From Marsupella aquatica (lineage: Eukaryota; Plantae; Marchantiophyta): a stretch of DNA of 64,000 nt. Positions 1 to 12,464 of the stretch are shown here, one piece after another. The notes beneath the pieces were generated by a model. The model had not been told where the DNA came from, searched no databases, and was given only the letters and a program-made list of their open reading frames with translations. The translations under genes and the position numbers were made by a program. Location of the stretch: the NCBI GenBank assembly GCA_973895155.1, contig OZ316891.1, forward strand, positions 19,555,048 through 19,619,047, written 5' to 3'. Each line of letters begins with the position of its first letter. The stretch's first letter is position 1.

Positions 1-236
1 AAAATGTTTTTTGCAATGATGCAGGTATAACGTCAATTTCCTTTGTAAGCGCATTAAGAAATACATAAGTACATTTCTGTCTATAAATGTACATAGGCAT
101 GTATCAATTACTGCACAGCATAAGTAAGAAGCATAATGCAATTATCCAGTTGACTGGTGCAATATGAGAGCTCAGGGTATGAGGAGTAAGAGGTGTGGGA
201 CCCGACAACACAAATGACTAAGTGTATAAGCAATTT

Positions 237-528
237 TGTTGGGATAATCCCTATTCTGAGACACCATGCACATGAGAACACCATACAAAGTAGTCGACAC
301 AGCGAGTACGTGGTTCACCTCATGACCGAGGCTACGTCCACGGGAAAGCAAGAGACCTTTACTTCTCTCTTGCTCAACTCTAACAATGAACTGAAGATCC
401 ACCAGGGATTGGCACCAGCCCTAGCTATATACACAATAACACTACCGCTAACCTTAGCTAAGTCTTAACCTGAGTTAGACTAATTGTGGTTAGCTAAAGA
501 GTCACAAGACTAAGAGCAATACCTAACA
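237..528 (-). repeat. 3' LTR of Copia-1
   Basis: Direct repeat of 4045-4337; PPT (AAGGGGGAGTT on -) adjacent. Confidence 0.95.
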
Positions 529-729
529 AACTCCCCCTTGACTCTTGTCTTGGGGATAGGACTAATTGCTACCATATGGAATCCTTAGCGGGAATTTCTA
601 GACAATCACCTAAACAGGTCTCCCTCAAAAAACCACAAGGGTTAACTAAGGGTTAACTAGAACTAAGCCGTAGCCAAACTGGATTGAGTAATCCACATAC
701 AAATAATCACAAACTTGCTAAGTAACTCT

Positions 730-3700
730 ACTTGTGCTACAACTCCAAAACCTGCAAAGTAGCACGGTGTCTTGAGAAACTCTCCAAAGGAATCACTTTG
801 GTAAAAGCATCAGTGGGATTGAGCTTTCCATCAATCTTGACTAGCTCAAAAGTTTTATCTGACACTACTTGTCTGATAAAATGGTACCTGATATCTCAAG
901 GGCCTCAATATAAGGAGTGTCCCATACATATCACGCACGAAGTTTTGGGGGAATAAACACCCTAAAACTTAAGTCAATAAAGTTTTTTCTTGGAATTTTT
1001 TCACTCTTAACTTAATGGACTATTCCAAGAATATTCTCAATTTTGATTTTAAAAAACCCTATGATTCTCATAATTCTCAAAATTGGATTACAATAACCCT
1101 AATGTTCTTCAACAAAAATTAAAAAGTATTTTGCTAAACCCAATAAAAAAACCTTATCCTTATTCGCACGTAATGGGTCGAAAAAGAAAAAGTGAGGACC
1201 CCGGGCCTAATATCAATGTGCTTCACCCTGCTATCCATAACTTGGTTAGCAGCCAAGTGAAGACCATTCTAACTATCATAGTTTAGAGTCATCTTGTCAT
1301 GCTCTAAACCTATATCCGTGATCAACCTGTCCAACCAAATTGCTTCCTTTGTCACTTCTACTGTTGCAACATACTCTGCTTCTGTAGTAGATTGAGAGAT
1401 ACACTTCTGCAAGGTAGACTTCCAACTAATACATCCTCCTCCAAGAGTAAATACATACCCAATTGTAGATCTCCTTGTATCCAGACAACCTCCATAGTCA
1501 GAATCTACATAGCCAACCAACGTAGTGGTTCTATCTGATTTGTCATCAAATAGTAATCCATAGTCTTGTGTTCCCTTCAGATACCTGAGAATCCATTTCA
1601 CAGCTTCCCAATGTACCTTCCCTGGATTTGACATGAATCTGCTAACCTTGCCCATTGATAGGGCAAAGTCAGGCCTAGTACAAGTCATCAAATACATTAG
1701 ACTGCCTACTGCCTTCTCATAAGGAATCTTAGCCATTAGACCTTTATCCACAGCATCTGTAGGAGAGAAAGTTGATGATAACTTGAAATGTGAAGCTAAA
1801 GGAATACTCACTGGTTTACAATCCTCCATGTTGAATTGTGCAAGTACCTTTCTGGCATACTTGCCTTGATTCAAGCACAACTGTCCAGTATCAGAGTTCC
1901 TAAAAATCTCCATTCCTAAGATCCTCTTGGCCTTACAAAGATCTTTCATTCTGAATTTAGAACTCAATTTCGCCTTGAGTCTGTCAACCTCAGATTGATC
2001 TTTAGCCACAATCAGCATGTCATCCACATAGAGAACCAGAATGATGAAACCAAACACATCATTCTTGACTGATTCGTATACACACAAGGATCATACACGA
2101 GATCATACACCATCCTTGTAAAATCTTGAGCAAGCATGAAATCATCAAATCGTTTGTTCCATTGTCTAGGAGCTTGCTTCAATCCATACAAGGACTTGAG
2201 CAATCGACAAACTAAGTTCTCTTGGCCCTTCTTCATAAAGTCTACTAGTTGTCTCATGAAGATCATCTCTTCCAAGTTGCCATAGAGAAAAGCAGTAAAA
2301 ACGTCCATCTGATCCATCACCAGACCAAAAAAACACAACAACCTGACACAAGATTCAAATTGTAGAATACTTAGCCACCAATGAAAAGACCTCATTGTAA
2401 TCCACTCCTTTCTCCTGAGTGAATCCCTTGGCAACAAGCCTTGCCTTGTAGATCTTGTCTCCACCCTCTAAAGGACTATCCTTCAACTTGTAAATCCACT
2501 TGCTTTTCACCACTTGCTGATCTCTTGGAAGCTCCACCAACTCCCATGTCTTGTTGTCACTCAAGGATTGCAACTCTCTCTGCATTGTTGCATTTCACTC
2601 ATGATTCTGCTTTGAAGCACAAGCCTTACTGTACAAAGAAGGCTCTCCTTCTTCCAAGATCAAAGTCATATCATCATCAGGTGCAATGTCAATATCATCT
2701 AGCTTAGATGAGTCTGCCCATTGACCATACCTGGTAGGAGCTCTAGTAGAACGACTGGAAGTTCTTCTAGTAGATGATTCAGATTGATCTGCTGCTGTTG
2801 CTGCTGGCTGAATTTGAGGTACCCCAGCAACAATCTGTTTCTCTTGTTCCATCACAAGAACCAGCTCCATGCCCGGAGCTTCTCCATCTCTCCTGTCATG
2901 AACATCATCATAACTAATCTCCCCCTCAACTCGATCCGGGATAGGAGATTTCCCCTTGTTAGTATGGGAGTCCTGAGAATTTTCCCCCTCCTTTGATGAT
3001 CTGGATTCATTAAAGAACACATCTCTACTGATAATTAGCTTACAGGTTACTGGATCCCATAACCTATAACCCTTCACACTTTTCTGATAGTCAAGAAAAA
3101 TGCACTATTTTGACTTGGACTCCAACTTGGATCGAAGTTGGGAAGGTGTAAGCACATAAGCATCACATCCAAAAATCCTCAGATGTGAGTAATCTGTTGG
3201 ACGCCCGTATCTCATTTCAAATGACGTCTTGAATCCAATAGAACTTGATGGAGATAAATTTACCAAATAAGCTTGCAGTGTTGACAGCTTCAGCCCAAAA
3301 TTTATGTGGTAAGCATGATTGACTCAACATACTCCTCGAGCGTTCCAATAGTGTTTGGTTGAGTCTCTTAGAAACACCATTTTGCTGAGGAGTATAACTC
3401 GTTGTGAGATAGCGTGTAATCCCCTACTCCTTACAATACGTTCCAAATTCCCCGGAACCGTATTCACCGTCGTTATCCGATCAAAGATATCTCACCTTGG
3501 TACCAGTCTGATTCTCAACTTGGGCTTTCCACTCCTTAAGGCAAAAACATTAGACTTGTTGTGGATTAAGTAGATTCACACATACCTTGAGTAATCGTCT
3601 ATGAACGTGACATAGTATAACCATCCAGAGTGTGAGAGAGTAGGGGCTGGTCCCCACACATCACTATGTACATACTCAAGTACCTCCTTGCTGGTGTGAG

Positions 3701-3900
3701 TTCCAACTTCGAAGGGTTTCCTGTGTTGCTTCCCAAGTACACAATGCTTACAAAAATCGAACTTACTATAGTGCAAATTATAAATCAAACCTCTTTTCAA
3801 AAGTACAGCCAAACCTTTTTCACTCATGTGACCTAGCCGGAAGTGTCACAGTCGACCCATCTCCTCATGAGATAAGGTTATATTGGCCTCATCACATACT
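730..3900 (-). pseudogene. Frameshifted copia pol (GAG-pre-integrase, integrase, RT, RNase H)
   Basis: ORF fragments contain HSDVWGP / FIDDYSR (integrase), YKARLVAKGF, SLYGLKQAPRQW, LYVDDML (RT) and STTEAEY (RNase H), spread over several frames. Confidence 0.9.
895..1205. mobile_element. ~310-bp MITE with 8-bp TSD inserted in the Copia-1 RNase H region
   Basis: Interrupts the KHIDIRYHF codons. TSD CCTGATAT (887-894) / CCTAATAT (1206-1213). Imperfect TIRs ctcaagggcctca ... tgaggaccccggg. A related copy lies in inverted orientation at 26374-33692. Confidence 0.8.
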
Positions 3901-4044
3901 ACTCTGCCCTCTCAACGATCTATCCGATGAGCCCACCATCAACAAGTTTCATGCGACAAAAATTCTCGGGATCTTCAAACCATCAACTGCACAAGAAATT
4001 CTTGTCACCACAGTGTTGTCTCCCAGACATGCTCTGATACCACT

Positions 4045-4337
4045 TGTTGGGGATAATCCCTATCCCAAGACACCATGCACATGAGAACACCATACAAAGT
4101 AGTCGACACAGCGAGTACGTGGTTCACCTCATGACCGAGGCTACATCCACGGGAAAGCAAGAGACCTTTACTTCTCTCTTGCTCAACTCCAACAATGAAC
4201 TGAAGATCCACAAGGGACTGGCACCAGCCTTGGCTATATACACAACAGCACTACCGCTAACCTTAGCTAAGTCTTAACCTAAGTTAGACTAACTGTGGTT
4301 AGCTATAGAGTCACAAGACTAAGAGCAATGCCTAACA
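4045..4337 (-). repeat. 5' LTR of Copia-1
   Basis: Direct repeat of 237-528; PBS adjacent. Confidence 0.95.
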
Positions 4338-5814
4338 AATTTCCCATGAGCTAGTTGGGTAGTGGGGACCATGCATATATACATGGAGAGGTGCATAAAA
4401 GATCTCCTGTGCACTTATAGCATAGTGCATACCGTGGACAAGTGCAGGCTAGCTTGGGGCATCTCCCCGGGATCCTGCCCTTAGACATTGTATCTACAGT
4501 TGACTAGCCCATTGCCCATGTGTGGTATAATATTATCTTATTGTAGATATGTAGTAAGTGATGTTGGATGGAAGAATTGTAGGGCCTAAGTGTTGTTGAG
4601 CATAACTAGGATGATCAGGCAGTTGGATAGTACTGGGAGTTAATCTGCAAGTCAACGTAGCCACCTGATTCAAAGGAGTGTGCTGCTTAGAGAGTGAGGG
4701 GTTGGGTGTTAAAAGGTGCACAATGGCACCTTGAGGTCTATCTTATGGTTAAGAAAAAGTGTGACTGTAATCAAAGGGCTAGGGAGTCTCCTACCAGAAT
4801 GACATTTGGTAAACCACCATAAGAAAACACAAGCATGATTGCAATTATGTTGGATGGCAGCTTTCAAGGTCCCACTGCAAATCTAGGAGTGTAACATGTT
4901 CCAAAGGTATCTGTAATTTTTTAAGGGAACCTGGCCTTCTTCCAAGGGTTTCACAAATTACACTCTTTACAGTTTTTAGTGTGAGTCACTAAACAATTAG
5001 TGTCATACACACTAATTATGGGTTGCCTGTGAGTTTCCATCCAACCCTTAATTAAACAAAAAATGATATGTTGAAAAAATCTGATAATTTGAGGTGACAA
5101 TTTTTTCATAAAAAGATTATGAGTTTCTGAATTTGCTCTATGTGTTTGAGTGGACCCACCCAAAGCGGTTTAGAGCAGAAACCACACATATTACCCACCC
5201 TAAGTGATCTGGCAAGGAACACATTTACATGAAGGAGTGGAATTTGGAGCAGATCACTCTGGGCAGGGATTGAAGGGTTTAGGGGCAAAGTGCTAGCATT
5301 TAGTAGTCTTTGCAATCGTGCAAGTTCCAATACCTTTGATGAATATAAACTTCCAGAATTTTTCTTTGCCTCCACCTACTTGCCATTATTAGCCATTTAC
5401 TAGGAGAATGGTGAGAATTTTGTCTCCACTTGTCACTACTATAAGAATCATGATGAAAAAGTATTGCTTCTTAAACAAGGAAGATCCACCCCCCAAAACA
5501 AGTAACTCCGTGCTAGCCTTTCCTAGACAGTAGTCTTTGCAATAGTGCAAGTTTTCTTTTTTCACATAATAGAGGCCCCATATGTCTATTTTCATCTCTC
5601 TACCAGTGGTATGTCCTCATCTACCAGAAGGACATATATGTTTCAGTTAACAGCTTCTGGTAGATGAGGACAATCTTACAAGTAACTACAATTGGTGGCT
5701 CAATAGAGGGCTCAATCCAAGCCATTGTTTTTCCTGTCACTTTTATTGTTGTAGATGAGCTTTTGACATCATTCATCCAAATCAAATTTTGTGCACACAA
5801 GTTTAGTAACAAAC

Positions 5815-6240
5815 TTACAACACTCCTTTTGAATGCACTTTGGCAATATGATCTACCAAACATACAATACCTTTTTTAATGCACTTTGGCAATGTGATCT
5901 ACCCAAAGGGATTGAGCTGGACCCACATACTGGTTGAGCAAATTCTTTGTGTGTGGGTTCTGCACCATGGCAGATCTACTCAACATACAACACTCCTGTG
6001 AATGCACTTTGGCAATGTCATCTACCCGAAAGGATTGAGTTGGACCCACATACTGGTTGAGCAATTCCTTGTTTGTGGATTCAGCAATATTGCAGAATTA
6101 CCCTACACACAACACTCGTTTGAACTCACTTTGGCAATGTACACTTGTTTGAACTCACTTTGGCATTGTAATCTACACTAGTTAAAAGAATTGAGCTGGA
6201 CCCACATACTGGGTGAGAAATTGAGAAATTCCTTGTGTAG
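5815..6240. repeat. Degenerate tandem repeat, ~120-bp unit, about 3 copies plus partial units
   Basis: Recurrent motifs gcactttggcaatgt and ttgagctggacccacatactgg at ~5880, ~6005 and ~6155. Confidence 0.75.
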
Positions 6241-8284
6241 ATTGAGCAGCATAGCAGCATTGCAACAGCACGCAATTCCCCCACACTGTGCTGTCTGATT
6301 ATTTTTCCCTTGTTTTGGTACACAGATTCTGGCATTGCTTAAGGAGTTCGACGACCTGAACTGCACGGCAGGGCACGAATATCATGTAGCCGTCACTACA
6401 AGTAGAGCATCGGCGAGGGAGGGATTTGGGAGCGGCGCGCATGTGCTGCGTTTCCCTGTCCGTTTTCGATCTATCGTGTTCAACTTCTCCAGGCCCGAGC
6501 ACGCCTTCGCTCTTTGTCAAGGTGGTATAAATTGGTCTACTCTAGAATAATAGCCCTTCTACTATTTAATACTGGATTCAAGGACCGAGAGTCAGTAGGT
6601 TTTTTCGTACCCGGGCTCAATTGACCCTGCAACCGGATGCATGTGCGAGATTGATGGTCCTAGCCTTCAAAAGCGGAAGAGAGAAGGTGCGTATGGACTC
6701 TTTCAAAAAGAATCGCACAAGGTAGAAGGCCAGAAGTTTAAGGGACCTAGCTCAAATTGGACTTTCGCCCTTCAAACTAAAATTCTTGACCTCTTCATCA
6801 GCCACCTGAAAATCTTGACCAAAATTTCAAGACATTTGACATCCGTGGGGTTGGTGAGACTCAGCTCAGACAACTACAGATGACAACCGCGAAATACTTC
6901 ATGAAGGACAACGTGAGCAGGGGCCTCGAATATTGTATTGAATCTATAGAGTAACGGAAAGTAAAGCTGAATCACGGTATCTGAAACAGAGTGTACCATA
7001 AAGTCACAAACCGAGCCTGACATGTCTGCCATACACCTAGCTGCTGTTTTAGTGGACAAAAGTGGCTACATGGGAGCACATCGGCACAGACAGACCACCC
7101 TCTCTGATGAAATCCAATCTCTGCTATTATCGCGACAGTTTCGAGTTCACCAGAGTCGAAGAAAAGTGAACTGGACTCCAAAATGAAGGGAGAAACAAAA
7201 AAGACAGTGCAAATGGAATTAAAGTCCGAGGTCTTCATATCTGGCACAGGGGATGCAAATCACAACCAAAAGTGTCCTCTTGCTGACACAGTTCTCCAAA
7301 TTAGTGTTAGAGGTGTTCACGTATGGATATGCTTCTGTCTGACAGCAACGAGATTTGCACTCAAGGTCTTCGTGTCTAGAACTGTCCTCCTTCTGACGGA
7401 AATTCCCACGAGCAGATGAAATTTTTTATTCGGCTCTTATCATCTCGCACACAGGATGCAAAGCTCTCAATTTCCAAGAAAAATATCAACCTCCCTAGTT
7501 TTATAGGAAACGAACACAATGTGAACATTTAGTGCATTCATCCGGAAAACTATTTCATGGATTGCTGCTCATTAATGGATAATGCCCAGATGTTAGTGAT
7601 TTCCCAGTGGGAATGTATATCAATGAAACCTCATCTTGATCGTAAGTAAAACCTTAACTCCCAGCGTTTTCCCTGGCGGCCAAGACAGATCAATTGCAGC
7701 AGGGGAGTGACACGAAAGGCTGCCACCGCGATTCTCTCCCATGCCCTTGCGCACTGCCACCGCGTTCGCTCCCCTCCTCTTGCCGTCAGAGACACCTTTC
7801 TGCCTTAACTGTTCTCAGAATGGCAACCGCGTTGCAACAGCTTCAAAAGCAAAGACGGCATTGAGAGCGAATTGGGTGTGGCTGCCATTGTTCGCTGATG
7901 ATGCAGATACTACATCGGCGATTGAAGAAATCTTTCTGCTCTTGGAAGTTCATTCCGCACCCTTCCGCCAGATTGTAGAAGAAATGCACTAGTTGCACAC
8001 TACACAACTTCAGCCCAAGAAATCTGTTCCAAGCGAAGGTGATATTGAAATGACAAACAGCGTATTAAAAATTGTCTCATCTAATCACGGAGTCTTGGCT
8101 CTTTTTGTCCAGATCTTCCGGGAGACGAAGAATATTATAACTCAAGAACATACAAGTGGTAAAATCTCCCCCGCACATGAGCGAGAGTCAATCTTGTAAT
8201 ACGAATCGCACCCTTCTACCATCATCATAGCCTCATCGATCTTTGCTACTTCTATACTACTCTGAGGAGAAATATCAGCTTTGA

Positions 8285-9274
8285 TCATGCAATCCCATCC
8301 CTTATCTGCCGTGTGTTGTAGGATTTACAAGTGCTACACTTATGCCCAATAACGTGAAATAAGGCCTTGCCGGTGGCACCACAATCATTACATAAGATGC
8401 AAACCGTCTGATTTCTATAACGCACTGGCATAGGTGTCGCAACTATCTCTTGATCCATTTGCTCCCATATTTGGGTCATGTCAGACGTTGATTTTGAGCA
8501 GATAGGACAAAAGAACTGGGCGTGTTTCTTCATCTGCTCGAAACATTCAAGGTGCATGGTATGACCACATTTAAGCACTTCAATGTGTTTCCTCGAGTCA
8601 AATAGATACTCAATGCAGACCGGGCAATTCTGATGCATCGTCTGCTCCACGCAGGGGTGTCCGTTCTCCAAAGTTACATTGAGGCAGCATCCACATCGTT
8701 GGCAGTGGAAGAACCTGTCCTGGCCTCCAGTTCTACAGATTCCACAATCGTCGCAGTGGAACTGTCCTTTAGTCGTGTCATCATCAAAGAACCTGCATTT
8801 GCCACAAAAATACTCTCCCATTTTGACTCCACAGTTCACACATATCTGGTGGACCTCTTGCTCGGTTGAACAGATGGAGCAGATCACGGATTCCACTCCT
8901 TGGAGAGGTAAATCATAGCACTTCTTCTTCGGAAGCCTCTCACAGCTCTTGCCTTCTTTCCGCTTCTTCTTCGGAAGCGGCTCATGGCTCTTGGCTTCAT
9001 TGTGACAATGGCGGCAATCGAACACCTCTCTGCAGCAAGGAGCTCGAATTCTGCACCTCCTCCTGTAATGGGAACACCCATACTTCATACGGCCAAACGA
9101 TTCTCGTGCTTGCTGCTGCTTCTGCGCTCTCTCCGTCGTCAGAGTACTTCTGAGAGAATGCTCATTTGGGATTGGAGAAGAATCCTGGTCCAGAGCCACA
9201 GCAGCACGAAAATTCTTGCAAGGCATGTTCTCATCGTGGGCCGAGTATGGAAGCCCGATGACCATAACCGCCAT
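8285..9274 (-). CDS. CHY zinc-finger / RING-H2 E3 ubiquitin ligase (RZFP34/CHYR1/MIEL1, Pirh2-like), intronless
   Basis: Single ORF with YGCSHYRRRCRIRAPCC...CRHCH (CHY), GEYFCGKC...FHCDDCGICR (CTCHY), CPVCIEYLF...CGHTMH...CPIC (RING-H2) and ILCNDC...GHKC..CKSYNTR (zinc ribbon). The start codon is uncertain; ATG 9274 was chosen, and the frame is open to 9430. Confidence 0.9.
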   Translation of the reverse strand: MAVMVIGLPYSAHDENMPCKNFRAAVALDQDSSPIPNEHSLRSTLTTERAQKQQQARESFGRMKYGCSHYRRRCRIRAPCCREVFDCRHCHNEAKSHEPLPKKKRKEGKSCERLPKKKCYDLPLQGVESVICSICSTEQEVHQICVNCGVKMGEYFCGKCRFFDDDTTKGQFHCDDCGICRTGGQDRFFHCQRCGCCLNVTLENGHPCVEQTMHQNCPVCIEYLFDSRKHIEVLKCGHTMHLECFEQMKKHAQFFCPICSKSTSDMTQIWEQMDQEIVATPMPVRYRNQTVCILCNDCGATGKALFHVIGHKCSTCKSYNTRQIRDGIA

Positions 9275-12217
9275 TACAGAGGAGAGATGCGCACAGCGCA
9301 AGAAGGCAAACCAGAGGTGCTTCTTCGATGAAACGCACAATTTTGAAATGCGATCAAGAAGTAGCAAGCTCAGAAAATGGGAAATCCAATCATGAAACTT
9401 GAAGGAACAAAGTAAAATCATGCACTCCAATCAGATGATTTCCTTTCAGTTATCTCGCAATTCACCCACACCATCGCAAGTCCCAAATCCCAATATCCCC
9501 AAATCCCAAGCAAAGGTCTAAAATAAGAGATACTAACTTTATGAAAATAGCAAGCGGTGGGACATATTAATTTCCTCGTTGATTGCAAAGGCTTGTTGGG
9601 CAGGTTTTTCTATTTGTGGGTCCAGATTCCAGAGTCATGAGTGATGCCCACAAAAGTGGGCTCCATGCTTGATGGACCCCAAACCAAACCATTCTTCTCA
9701 ACCAACCCCATGAGGGTTTTGGGTACGTCGATTTAGGTTCTATCCAGGTCTAGCAAGGATCTGGATCATTCAAAGGTCCCATCAAATAACATTTTTCTTT
9801 TTGTGGTTTATAAAGCATGTACATCCAAGGAAGGTGGGTACAATAAAGTACCTGCCCGTACTGTATAAGTACTGCCGTATTCACAAGTTGTTGTTTCTGA
9901 GAAGGAAGTCAATGGTAGTAAAGGTGGCTGTACAAGGTGTTATCTGGGGGCCCACTGCTTCCTTTTTATTCCCTAGTGAGTGGAAAGTGAACTCCCGGGT
10001 GAAGTGGCTATTTTGTCTAGAACTTGGGTCCCCCTTCACACGACATCCATGTTTCACTTGCATACTTAAACCACCCCTGGCCATATGAAAAGAGAAGTGT
10101 CCTAAGATTTCTCCTTTTTTCACATTTCTCTCCTACTTTGCTTTACAATTTCAGGAAAAAAATACTGAAATGGTTAAATCTGTGGAACCAGGTTTCTGTC
10201 ATGGCTATGGCTAAAGGCTATTTAAGGGCATTTTACAAGCAATAGAGGACACATATGCTACATTTTACCACAGCAAACACCAGAAAGAAATCAATAGCTA
10301 AAGCGAAACTGACCTCTTAGGTTTTCAATACTTTGGTTTAAGATCTATCAAATGTCCTGATAAGTGAGGGGTCCATCAAGTTTTCATTTTGGGGGGTCCA
10401 TCAAGTATATATCGCTTTGATTTCAAAAAAATTAATTGCATTTATATTTATTGAACTTTATTATCTATAAAAAAAAATGTCTCGAGCCTATCTTTAGAAC
10501 AAGAAGTGGCCCTTGTGAACAAAAGTGACAAGTGCCCCCTATTTCTTAGAAAACGACCCTAAGAACCTTTTAGGCTCGAAAAAGACTTGATGGGCCCCGG
10601 GAGTAAAACCCCTCCCTCCGGTCCTCCACGTTTGGAACGACTGCCTGGCCGCCCCCAGGAGGCCAGGACCCTGCCGATCAATTCTGTATAGTCTCTGAAA
10701 TCTATTTTTAAGTGACCAAAATTAGCTAGATTCCACCTCTTCTCTTCTGAAAAGTCTTGGTGACTTTTGGCTAAAATTGGCTAGTTTGTTTTGGACTTCC
10801 GTTAGCCAGTTTTCTCACCTAGCCACCGACCCCATCACCCAGAATCCCACGGTCATCCTTGAATACTATGAGATCTGGCACTCACAAACCAGTTGAGTGA
10901 AATTAGGTAAGGAATCTTTGCAGCATCCTCTCCTTCATACAAGATTAGTCATTCTCCACCCTTGCGAAAAACGAAAATCCGTCTATGCCCTCAGTTCGAG
11001 AGGAACTCAGTCCAATTCTTTGTATTGTTTTTTAGTGTGCATATGCAGCAGTGGCGGTTTGCCATGTCTTCTCCATGCCTTTGCGAGGCAAAACCTACTG
11101 TAGAAATTTGCGAGGCTAGGCAGTGATTTGACTGTTCGAAGGGGCAGCTTTGCTAGTCCATCTACACCAACGGCTTCACAAGGTAGCAAGGCATCAGAAG
11201 GGCTTGCTTGGGGAAGGCATTGCGAGAGCTGACAGTGAAATCTTTGGCAATAAAATCTCTCCAATTTTTGGGGTTCCTACGGAGAGGAAGAATTTCAGGT
11301 TAGAACAAGCTTAGTGAGCTGTGATCAGTAATCTGATTCCAAATCAAAAGCAGCTCATCGGCTGCACAGATGGTGGAGTCCAGGGCAATTGTCCAGGCAA
11401 GATGTCAGTCCTTTTTCAAACTGGGGGAGCACCTGAGAGGCTTTTCCCTCTAATCAACTCTTTTTCTGTGTTCAGATCTCTCACCAGCAAATTTTCCAGG
11501 GTTGAAAACTCCACTTCACTAGAAAGGTTTTGCCACTTAAGGCAAAAATTGGCAGGGTTTTTGTCTTGGATTAGAATGTTTTTCAACTAGCCACAGACCC
11601 CATTAGCCAGAATCTGGCAGTTATTTATTGGTCTATTCTTTATACAAGAACTAAGTGTCAAAGACTAATCTAGGGAAACTAGATAAAGAATAATCCTAGC
11701 ATCTTTATCGTCATAGAAGGTGACATTTGCCACCCTGGCAACCAAAAAAAACCTTAAGAATTACTCTCCATTAGACCATTCCCAGTTCCCGATTCAAGCA
11801 TCTACAGTAAATTGTCCCTCATTATGTGCAACTCTTCATAGGAGATGTTAACAGCTCTTCAGGCCCTGATACCTATACCAGGCCACTCTTGAATGGCCAT
11901 TCACAATGTGAATCAATGGCTTAAATGCTGTTTGAGAGAATATATTTTCCCGTGTCACCTATAGGCATGGAGTTATTTCATCTGCAATTAAATTACAAGC
12001 TCAGTCCAAGCCGTCATGACTACACATTACAAAAGAAAATTGGTTATTAGCCTGTTGGGAAATTTGTTGGATTTGATACCCGGTTTGCCATTTCATCCTT
12101 GCTCTTGGAGCAATACTTGTTTTAGTGCAGAGCCATTACGTTTTTATGGTCATCCAAGAAAAAACTTCCCATGGACGTACTTAAGTGCCAAATGTGGTCA
12201 AGGTTAACTATGTCATT

Positions 12218-12464
12218 AGGGTGTTTCAAAGCTGAGAAATTATGGAGCCACAAACTAATGGTCATAACTTTTTCACAAGGTTATGTACTTTTATATTTTT
12301 TTTTTGCTTTCATTGGCCTCTACAGTGACTAATGTTAATGGCATATGACCAATCCTTATGGCAAAAAGTTATGGACGATGAATTTCATGGTCCATAAGTT
12401 TTTGTGTCCTTAATCTGAAACTATGGAGTTAACGTCCATCAAATTGTCAGCTTTGAGACACCCT
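12218..12464. mobile_element. ~250-bp MITE
   Basis: TIRs agggtgtttcaaagctga ... tcagctttgagacaccct. Flanks are ATT/ATT, or TA/TA if the ends are shifted by 1 bp. Confidence 0.65.

Larger units (their letters stand above)
237..4337 (-). mobile_element. Ty1/copia LTR retrotransposon (Copia-1), internally deleted (no gag/protease) and degenerate
   Basis: LTRs at 237-528 and 4045-4337 (TG...CA; about 15 substitutions and 1 indel by eye). 5-bp TSD AATTT at 232-236 and 4338-4342. tRNA-iMet PBS (TGGTATCAGAGC on -) at 4031-4042; polypurine tract next to 528. Fragments follow copia order integrase-RT-RNaseH. Confidence 0.95.

Noticed and set aside
172-468. Short ORFs repeated at 172-468 / 4005-4277 and 26236-26457 / 32979-33173
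   Set aside because: They overlap LTR copies and are incidental frames.
6870-8200. Short ORFs downstream of the E3 ligase gene
   Set aside because: No recognisable domain or consistent exon chain; possibly UTR or intergenic sequence.
9660-10412. Inverted cttgatggacccc / ggggtccatcaag motifs suggesting another MULE
   Set aside because: The left terminus and TSD could not be defined, so it is not called as an element.
10800-11760. Diverged direct similarity about 770-790 bp apart (possible LTR pair)
   Set aside because: No TG...CA ends, PBS or TSD; at most an old tandem duplication.
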